In this document: positions 56,847 through 64,000 of the stretch, piece after piece
Numbering within the stretch: the stretch's first letter is position 1
Layout: the number at the start of each line of letters is the position of its first letter
Translations under genes and position numbers: made by a program
Source of the DNA: an uncultured Planctomycetaceae bacterium
GTDB lineage: Bacteria; Planctomycetota; Phycisphaerae; SM23-33
DNA length: 64,000 nt
Direction of reading: 5' to 3'
NCBI GenBank assembly: GCA_964401835.1
Contig: CAYNZP010000010.1
Span: 9,312 to 73,311, forward strand
The notes under the pieces: generated by a model
Seen by the model: the letters and a program-made list of their open reading frames with translations, nothing else
Database searches by the model: none
Told to the model about the DNA's origin: nothing

Positions 56847-58520
56847 TTACAAATTCATTAACGATTCGGTGTCAAGTTGCTCGCTCACCTTCCGCTTCAG
56901 TATTTTCAGTGTTGTGCTTTGCGGAAATTCTCCCGGCCAAACGCCAAACAGTTTGGGCCTTTTGTAATCAGCCAGGTTTAGACAGATGGTTTTGACTTCT
57001 TTGCGGAGAATTTCATTGATTGTTGCAGGGTCTTCCTCCGTAATGTTTTCTTCATTTGGAACAACTAGAGCAACTATCTGCTCAATCTTTTGATTCTTGT
57101 CTGTAGAAGTCAGTCCAATTACACAGACTTCCTTTATAAGGGGTGATTTCGAAATTTCAGCTTCAATTTCTTCCGGGAAGACATTTTTTCCATTGGAATC
57201 TATAATAACGTTTTTCAGCCGCCCGGTTATGTAGATGAATCCCTTTTTATCGATTCGGCCGATATCTCCCGTGTGCAACCAGCCGCCTTTTATGGTTTCT
57301 TCCGTTGTTTCGTGGTCTTCGAAATAACCAGCCATTATGTTAGACCCGCGAACAGCAATCTCACCTGTACCATTTTCAGTATTGACCATCGGAACTATCT
57401 TTGCTTCTACGCCTTTTACGCATTTGCCGACCGAGCCAATTCTGTGGTGTTTGGGTGTATTTGAGCTTATTACCGGGGAAGTTTCAGACAGTCCATAACC
57501 CTGAAGTATGGGGATACCTAAGCCGGTGAAGAATCTTGCCACTTCATCATCAAGGGCTGCTCCTCCGGAAACAAAAAACCTCAAATTTTTTCCAAGTTTC
57601 TTTCTGGCGCCGCTGAATACGAATTTCCCCAAGTGAACTCTTCGAACCTCGCAAAAGCTGGCGGCATTATTAAGGAACCAGAAAAGCTTGCGACGCCATG
57701 AAGGCAGTTTTTCAATTTTTATAACAGCCGACTTATATAAAAGGCGGGCAATCGCAGGCACTATTGTGCACAACGTAACGCCAGCATCATTAAAAGCGCG
57801 AGTTATGGATTTTGGATTTAACGAATCCAGATAGGTGATACTTGCACCTACATGTACAGGTAAGAGAAAGCCAACTGTCTGTTCGAACATGTGATTCAGT
57901 GGAAGCAAAGAAAGAAACATATCTCTTGTAGTACATTCCAGCATCTTTGTGCAGGCAGTAACATTGGAGATGACATTTTCATGAGTGAGCATGACTCCCT
58001 TGGCGTTGCCGGTTGTACCAGACGTAAACGAGATTGTCGAAATATCGGCCATATTACACGGGGAGTATATTTCAAGATTAGCATCAGACGGTGAATCGCC
58101 AATTTCTGAAAGAATATCATCAACACAGAGAGTTTTGATGTCGGCAAGCGTTTCCAGTGATTCACTTAAATATTTGAGTTTGTTTTCAGTAGTCAGAAGT
58201 ATTTTTGTTCCGCTGCGCTGGAGGATGGACTTGATTTCCAAGGCCTTGAGTTTCGCGTCAATCGGGATGAATGTCGCGCCTGTCAGATGAATTGCGAAAT
58301 AACTTACAGGCCATTCGGGGCGATTTTTATCAAGAAGCGCAACCGGCATATTTTTGGCCGCTCCGAGCTCGATAAGCTTTTGGGCCAGGATTTGTGACTT
58401 GTAAGCGAGTTGTCGATATGTCAGTTTAGAGAGACTCCCATCATCCGATAATTTCTGCAGAGCGACCTTGTCGGGGAATGATTTGCTGCTGTTTATAAGA
58501 ATATCGGCAATATTGTTCAT
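56847..58520 (-). CDS. Long-chain fatty acid-CoA ligase (AMP-binding)
   Basis: FTSGTTGNAKG, QGYGLSET, TGDIG, GRLKN. Confidence 0.92.
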   Translation of the reverse strand: MNNIADILINSSKSFPDKVALQKLSDDGSLSKLTYRQLAYKSQILAQKLIELGAAKNMPVALLDKNRPEWPVSYFAIHLTGATFIPIDAKLKALEIKSILQRSGTKILLTTENKLKYLSESLETLADIKTLCVDDILSEIGDSPSDANLEIYSPCNMADISTISFTSGTTGNAKGVMLTHENVISNVTACTKMLECTTRDMFLSLLPLNHMFEQTVGFLLPVHVGASITYLDSLNPKSITRAFNDAGVTLCTIVPAIARLLYKSAVIKIEKLPSWRRKLFWFLNNAASFCEVRRVHLGKFVFSGARKKLGKNLRFFVSGGAALDDEVARFFTGLGIPILQGYGLSETSPVISSNTPKHHRIGSVGKCVKGVEAKIVPMVNTENGTGEIAVRGSNIMAGYFEDHETTEETIKGGWLHTGDIGRIDKKGFIYITGRLKNVIIDSNGKNVFPEEIEAEISKSPLIKEVCVIGLTSTDKNQKIEQIVALVVPNEENITEEDPATINEILRKEVKTICLNLADYKRPKLFGVWPGEFPQSTTLKILKRKVSEQLDTESLMNL

Positions 58521-58571
58521 GGCACCCGTTTTGTTTAAATTCAGAAGCCCCAAACACAAACCACAGCCGCT

Positions 58572-59447
58572 TTAGGATACCGCAAGAATGAACAAATACG
58601 CTATTGGTGCCGCTAAAAGCGGGGAATCAATTATATCAAGTACTCCGCCGAATTCCGGGACGAGTGCGCCGCTGTCTTTCTGCTGGGCAGAGCGTTTGAG
58701 GAGGCTTTCGCAAAGGTCTCCGAATTGTCCGGCCAGCCCGATAACGACCCCAAAGATCGCAGCCTGCCAAAGGCTCAGTATTTCGACTTGCAGAATCCAC
58801 ACAGCTAACATGCTGATACCAGCAGCAGTCGCCAAGCCACCAACAAGGCCTTCCCAGCTCTTTCCCGGTGAAAGCCACGGAATCATCTTGTGTCTGCCAA
58901 TGAATGAACCGGTGAAATAGGCGCCGATATCGGTGAATTTGACAGCTGCCAGGAATACTATGAGCATCCCCACGCCATAGCTCAACCGAAGAGCAAGAAC
59001 GATCGCACCACAGCTGCCAAGATAAATAAACGCCAGCAGAGTCGAAGAAATGCGTCTGAAGGCATCTTCAATTTTGAATCGTATCATCTGTTCGGCAAAT
59101 ATCAGCAGCAGGGCAATTGCCAAAACCAAAAGCAACTGCTGGGCAGTTGGTTCATCTGCAGAGATATATTGCCACCAGAAAGGAAATGTCCCCAACGCGG
59201 AGGTACATAAGATTCCGGAATACTTAAGAACGTTCACTCCAGCCCCGGTTGCCAACCGGGCTATTTCCAAAAAGGCGAGCACTGCCAAGGCCAGCATCAA
59301 AATTGAAATGGGGAGTCCGATTATTCTGGAAGGATATTCAAAGGCTTCCAGAATGTTTTCTGATTCATTTTCCTTTGACCAGTCCAGCCAGAGAATTCCG
59401 GCCAGGACTGCTATCATTAAAGTTCCAAAAAGAATTCGCTTTGCCAT
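58572..59447 (-). CDS. cdsA: Phosphatidate cytidylyltransferase
   Basis: DIGAYFTG, SPGKSWEG, GDLCESLLKR, KDSG, GGVLDIIDS. Confidence 0.93.
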   Translation of the reverse strand: MAKRILFGTLMIAVLAGILWLDWSKENESENILEAFEYPSRIIGLPISILMLALAVLAFLEIARLATGAGVNVLKYSGILCTSALGTFPFWWQYISADEPTAQQLLLVLAIALLLIFAEQMIRFKIEDAFRRISSTLLAFIYLGSCGAIVLALRLSYGVGMLIVFLAAVKFTDIGAYFTGSFIGRHKMIPWLSPGKSWEGLVGGLATAAGISMLAVWILQVEILSLWQAAIFGVVIGLAGQFGDLCESLLKRSAQQKDSGALVPEFGGVLDIIDSPLLAAPIAYLFILAVS

Positions 59448-59513
59448 GTTGTGTATTAAACGCAACTGCCAAGCCAAATGCCAGAGTGGATTAAAAATTG
59501 CATACTATGAGGC

Positions 59514-62192
59514 TTACGCCTCTTCCAGAAAGATATTGTAAAGTTCTTCTGAGGTTTTGGCAGCCAGTACCTTTTCTCGGCCTGAAGCGTCCAGGATTCC
59601 CATCACAGATGCTACAAATTGCAGATACGGATCGGTGCCATCCTTGGGGGTAACAAGAAGCACAAATATCCGTGAAGACTGGCCATCGGCGGAATTAAAA
59701 TCGATGCCGTCTGGTTTGATTCCAACGGCACAGACGAGATTGTCTACTGCATCCGTACGGCCGTGCGGTATGGCAACGCCAGCTTCCATTCCGGTGGACA
59801 TTTTTTCTTCTCTGGCCATGACCGCCTCATAGGCAGCCTTGGCATCCCTGATTAATCCATGTTGGTCAAGAGAATCAAGAAGTTCCCGGATGATTTCCTC
59901 TTTGTTGTTGCCCGAGAGGTTTGTAATCATCAGCTCTGGACGCAAGTAATCTTTGATGTCGAACTGGGCTGTTGCAGCCGCAGCTTGACGTCGTTTCTTG
60001 CGTTTTTGTATCGCGGCTAATTGGGCAGCCTTAGGCCTTGTTATAAAGGCTTCATAAATGTCCCGGGCATTTCTGCCCGAAAGTATCCTCTCTCTTCCCT
60101 TTGCGTTGAGTACCTGGCTGACACTGGACATGAATTGAACGTGTGGGGTAGGTTTGCTGGCAGGAGAAAGTGTAAGAATAAATATCTTTGCCGGCAAGTC
60201 GTCCATTGAAGCAAAATCCACGCCTTCGGCGTTGATACCTATAGCACAGACAAGACGATTGACAGCATCGGTCTTGCCGTGCGGAATGGCAACGCCATAT
60301 TGCAGTCCTGTCGACATGCTTTTTTCCCTGCTCCAGACGGCCTTGCGGGCAGCTTTTACATCTTTGAGATGACCGTTGTCTAACAAAACCTTAAGTAACT
60401 CGTCAATGATTTCTTCTTTTGTTTTGCCTTTGAGTTTTGGCTTGATCAGGGAGGGTGTGAGATAGCTCCTCAGGTCCAATCCAGTAGGTGTGAATTGTGA
60501 CTGTTGGAGGAACCTTGTCCCAATATTGTCAGTATCCAGCGGTTTGCGCATTTCGCGAATCGCCTGCTCCAGAGCCGCAACAGCTTCCAACATGGCAGTA
60601 TTGACAAGCGAGACATCACCCTGGTTGCAATGAAACTCCAACTCCGTGCCGGAATGAGTAAAATCGATGATTACAGCTTCCTTGCGGAGTTGGTAAAGTT
60701 TTTCGTCATGACTTAACAGATGTACAAAAAAGCCCTCCGATTCGAACACCGAAGAGAGCTTGTCGACCATAAATTCAGTAATTTCAGGTGATGGAAACTC
60801 GAAATTGACTTTGGCCTTGGTTTGCTCGTCTCTTACTTTCTTGCGGATTCCGGGACGGTTTTTCCGGAACGACAGCACCAATGCTGGCGGGGCGATCACG
60901 GTGTTGATGATTATCATGATGATAACTGCGGCGAACATTGCAGGACTAACTATATGTGCAGCTAGACCAATACCGGCAATGATAAGGGCGACTTCGCATC
61001 TCGGAGCCATTCCAAGTCCGATACGCATAGCGCCGCGCAAATTGAAGTTTGCGAGCATTGCAGGCAAACCGCATCCCAGCACCTTGGCCATTAGGGCTGC
61101 AAAGGCATAGAACACTCCGAAGAGAATAACGGCCGGATCCTGCAACTCGGCAAAGTTAATCCTCATTCCCATCACGCAGAAGAAAATCGGCACGAGAAGG
61201 GCGTAGATTGGTTCAAGCTTTTCACGAACGACATGGCTGATGTCAGCCTTGGATAATGATAAACCCATGACATAGGCGCCGATAATCATCGCCAGGCCAG
61301 CTTCTTCAAAAAAGCCCGCGAGAATAAGCGCCAGGCCGAACGCCATAATGGCAATCGAAGTGCGGTCATGGAAACATTTGAGAAGGAAACTGATTTTCCG
61401 GGATGTTATCAGTCCAATAATTGTCGCGGCCAGCCAGACCCCCACCGCTTTTGCACCGATTAAGCCAATGTGTCCCCAGTCAACAGTTCCGGTAGCCTCG
61501 GAAGCAGTTGCAAAACCCATCACAACAGCTAACAGGATAATTCCCGCTACATCGTCTATCACTGCAGCGGAGAGTATAGTAACACCTTCAGGCGAGTGGA
61601 GCTTTCTTCTTTCCGCTAATATCCTGGCCGTAATTCCGACTGACGTGGCGGTCGTGATAAGGCCCATAAACAGACATTGTGGCGCCAGCGGGCCAAGAGA
61701 CTCTCCAAAGATGGATTCCGAAAAGAGCATCACGGTTCCGATGCCGAACGCGAAGGAAAAAATAATTCCGCCCAGCCCAGCCAGTCCACCTGCAAGCGAA
61801 TACCTGAGCAGCAATCCCAAATCGGTCTCAAGGCCAACAGTAAATAGCAGTACAATCGCAGCCACTGAACTCAGGCCATATAGTTCGGGAGAAATAGGAA
61901 ACTCACCACTCATGGGGAACAGGCCATCAGGAAAACCATTAAAACCAATGCTTCCCAACAAGTAGGGGCCTATTATCATGCCGACGACAAGTTCACCCAG
62001 AGCGCCAGGGAGGCGAATCCTCTCGAAAAGAATATTTCCCAATTTGACCGCAAAGAGTATCACACCGAGTTGGATGGCAAGCATCATCATGCGATGAGTC
62101 ATTTCCCCTCCGGCGGTGTCTGCGTCAGAGGCAAAAGCTGCTGCAGGGAAGATGCAAATTGCCATAAATGTAAATAGGTGTTTTCTTTTCAT
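59514..62192 (-). CDS. CPA2 cation:proton antiporter with two C-terminal PTS EIIA-like domains
   Basis: GLETD, TATSVGIT, AAVIDD; MSTG...GVAIPHG occurs twice. Confidence 0.9.
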   Translation of the reverse strand: MKRKHLFTFMAICIFPAAAFASDADTAGGEMTHRMMMLAIQLGVILFAVKLGNILFERIRLPGALGELVVGMIIGPYLLGSIGFNGFPDGLFPMSGEFPISPELYGLSSVAAIVLLFTVGLETDLGLLLRYSLAGGLAGLGGIIFSFAFGIGTVMLFSESIFGESLGPLAPQCLFMGLITTATSVGITARILAERRKLHSPEGVTILSAAVIDDVAGIILLAVVMGFATASEATGTVDWGHIGLIGAKAVGVWLAATIIGLITSRKISFLLKCFHDRTSIAIMAFGLALILAGFFEEAGLAMIIGAYVMGLSLSKADISHVVREKLEPIYALLVPIFFCVMGMRINFAELQDPAVILFGVFYAFAALMAKVLGCGLPAMLANFNLRGAMRIGLGMAPRCEVALIIAGIGLAAHIVSPAMFAAVIIMIIINTVIAPPALVLSFRKNRPGIRKKVRDEQTKAKVNFEFPSPEITEFMVDKLSSVFESEGFFVHLLSHDEKLYQLRKEAVIIDFTHSGTELEFHCNQGDVSLVNTAMLEAVAALEQAIREMRKPLDTDNIGTRFLQQSQFTPTGLDLRSYLTPSLIKPKLKGKTKEEIIDELLKVLLDNGHLKDVKAARKAVWSREKSMSTGLQYGVAIPHGKTDAVNRLVCAIGINAEGVDFASMDDLPAKIFILTLSPASKPTPHVQFMSSVSQVLNAKGRERILSGRNARDIYEAFITRPKAAQLAAIQKRKKRRQAAAATAQFDIKDYLRPELMITNLSGNNKEEIIRELLDSLDQHGLIRDAKAAYEAVMAREEKMSTGMEAGVAIPHGRTDAVDNLVCAVGIKPDGIDFNSADGQSSRIFVLLVTPKDGTDPYLQFVASVMGILDASGREKVLAAKTSEELYNIFLEEA

Positions 62193-62234
62193 CTCAAAAC
62201 ACATCTTTTTTTAAACAAGCGGTTTCACGCAATT

Positions 62235-63005
62235 TTATTCAGGGTTGTTCAAGCCGCCGAAGCGCCTGTCTCGGTTGGAATAGGCAAGGATTGCCTTATG
62301 GAGCTGCTTTTCATCGAAATCCGGCCAATTAGCGTCTGTAACGTAAAATTCTGAATACGAAAGTTGCCAGAGCAGGAAATTGCTCAATCGCATCTCTCCA
62401 GAGGTCCGGACGAGAAGGTCCGGATCCGGAACATTGGCCGTATCGAGTGAGTTCGAGATTAATTGTTCATCGATATCGCTGGGATTTATTTTGCCTTGTG
62501 TGACTTTTTCGGCAATAAGTTTAAGGGCGTCTGCCATCTCTGACCGCGAGCCGTAATTCAGAGCCAGGCACAGAAACATTCCGGTGTTTTTGTTGGATTG
62601 TTTTATTGCTTCGTCCAGTTCTGTCAGGACGGTTTCCGGAAGCCCTTCACGCCGACCCAGGTGAACCAGGCGTATGTTGTTTTCCTGAACGGTAGGGCGT
62701 TCAAGAACCAGATATTCAGCATAAAGACCCATTAGTGCCTGGACTTCATCCTTGGGTCGGTTCCAGTTTTCAATAGAGAAACTGTAAAGCGTAAGAGACT
62801 CGATTCCGAGCCGGGCTGCCTCTTTGACGATTTTTCTTACAGTTTTTGCCCCTTCAATATGACCGGCCGTGCGGGGAAGACCTCTTTGCTGAGCCCATCT
62901 GCCGTTTCCATCCATAATGATCGCGATGGATTTTGGCATTTTTTCACTGTCTATGCCCAACTCTTTCCGAGCGGCGGTTATCTCTTCAAGGCTGGGGCCT
63001 GCCAT
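62235..63005 (-). CDS. uppS: Undecaprenyl diphosphate synthase
   Basis: IIMDGNGRWA, FSIENWNRP, RTSGEMRLSNFLLWQ, RRFGG. Confidence 0.96.
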   Translation of the reverse strand: MAGPSLEEITAARKELGIDSEKMPKSIAIIMDGNGRWAQQRGLPRTAGHIEGAKTVRKIVKEAARLGIESLTLYSFSIENWNRPKDEVQALMGLYAEYLVLERPTVQENNIRLVHLGRREGLPETVLTELDEAIKQSNKNTGMFLCLALNYGSRSEMADALKLIAEKVTQGKINPSDIDEQLISNSLDTANVPDPDLLVRTSGEMRLSNFLLWQLSYSEFYVTDANWPDFDEKQLHKAILAYSNRDRRFGGLNNPE

Positions 63006-64000
63006 TATTTCAAGCCCTCGACCATGGTCTTATGAATTATAGTCTGTTTTCTACCCGGGCCTATGCCTATCGTTCCTACCGGTCGGCCGAGGATTTCCTC
63101 GAGCCTGTTGACATACGCCTTTGCATTTGCCGGGAGGTCTTCGAAGCTTTCACATTCGGTTATTTCTTCTTCCCAGCCAGGCATGGTTTCATATATGCAC
63201 TCGGCATTTTCCATGGCCGTTGGGTCGAAATCTTCAAGTTCTTTACCGTTGACTTTGTAACCGGTGCAGATTTTTAACTCATCAAAGCCGCTCAATACAT
63301 CCACCAGCGAAAGGGCGAATTCGGTAACGCCGGAAAGATCTGCTGCGTAGCGCACCGCAAAGGCATCGAACCAGCCGCAACGGCGGGGCCTGCCTGTCGT
63401 GGTCCCATATTCATGTCCACGGTCTCGCAATCGTGAGCCTGTTTCATTGTCCTGCTCGGTCGGGAAAGGTCCGGAACCAACACGCGTTGTATATGCCTTG
63501 ATTACGCCGACAACCTGCCCAACTGCTGACGGCGGAACACCTGCACCTGTGGGAACGCCGCAGGCTGTTACCGGAGAGCTGGTGACGTAAGGATAAGTGC
63601 CATGGTCTATATCCAGCAAGCTTCCCTGGCCTCCCTCAAAGAGGATGCGTTGGCCGTTGGAGATGGCTTTTCTTAGCATGGCTCCGGTGTTGCAAATAAA
63701 CGGCTTGAGTTTTTCTCCGCATTCGATGTACTGCTGAATGATCTCATCTGGATTTATTGGATCTGCATTGTAAAGAGCGTCAAACGTCTGGTTCTTTATC
63801 TCGGCAATTTGGGTGATTTTCTGTCTCAAAAGTTCTGTGTCGATTAACTCACCAACGCGGATAGCTGTCGAGCGATTGGCCTTGTCGCTATAACAAGGTC
63901 CTATGCCACGAGCTGTAGTTCCGATCTTTTTGCCAGCCAGTTTGCTTTCACTCAGAGTGTCCTGAAGCTTATGCCACGGCATGACAACCTGGGCAGCTGA
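63005..64000 (-). CDS. purA: Adenylosuccinate synthetase (partial, 5' end outside window)
   Basis: IGTTARGIGP, FEGGQG, GTYPYVTSS, EYGTTTGRPRRCGWFD. Confidence 0.96.
   Translation of the reverse strand, partial: SAAQVVMPWHKLQDTLSESKLAGKKIGTTARGIGPCYSDKANRSTAIRVGELIDTELLRQKITQIAEIKNQTFDALYNADPINPDEIIQQYIECGEKLKPFICNTGAMLRKAISNGQRILFEGGQGSLLDIDHGTYPYVTSSPVTACGVPTGAGVPPSAVGQVVGVIKAYTTRVGSGPFPTEQDNETGSRLRDRGHEYGTTTGRPRRCGWFDAFAVRYAADLSGVTEFALSLVDVLSGFDELKICTGYKVNGKELEDFDPTAMENAECIYETMPGWEEEITECESFEDLPANAKAYVNRLEEILGRPVGTIGIGPGRKQTIIHKTMVEGLK

Noticed and set aside
1-64000. CRISPR array, rRNA or IS transposase
   Set aside because: No regularly spaced repeat-spacer pattern, rRNA-like sequence or transposase motif was seen by eye.

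Overview
Bacterial chromosome segment, probably from a planctomycete (inferred from the PEP-CTERM protein, McsA/McsB, topoisomerase VI-A and the integrase motif variants). It has two parts. (1) Bases 1 to about 22,316 are the right-hand part of an integrative element inserted at the 3' end of a tRNA-Asn(GTT) gene; its other end is outside the window. The backbone is a tyrosine integrase, an excisionase-like HTH, a radical SAM protein and a primase/DUF3987-type replication protein. Cargo includes an SNF2-type helicase plus DUF4391 (usually linked to type III restriction-modification), a divergent RuvB-like ATPase, a PEP-CTERM protein, a J-domain protein and a compact ubiquitin-like conjugation operon (Ubl, E2-like with a Cys-rich tail, JAB peptidase, ThiF/E1). 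Upstream of that operon is an unannotated, densely base-paired stretch of about 500 nt bounded by two terminators (11219-11733), the best candidate for a novel large structured RNA. (2) From about 22.4 kb to the end is core chromosome: HD-GYP proteins, an AcsE-like methyltransferase, yggS, pfpI, tRNA-Ala, phosphate transporters, ahbC/ahbD, rnpA/yidD, LPS core genes, plsY, mcsAB, queD, hemB, PTS-IIA-fused transporters, nrdR, an orphan top6A, polA, cdsA, uppS and purA. A 228-bp direct repeat flanks one HD-GYP gene. All calls come from reading motifs by eye; no database searches or folding programs were run.
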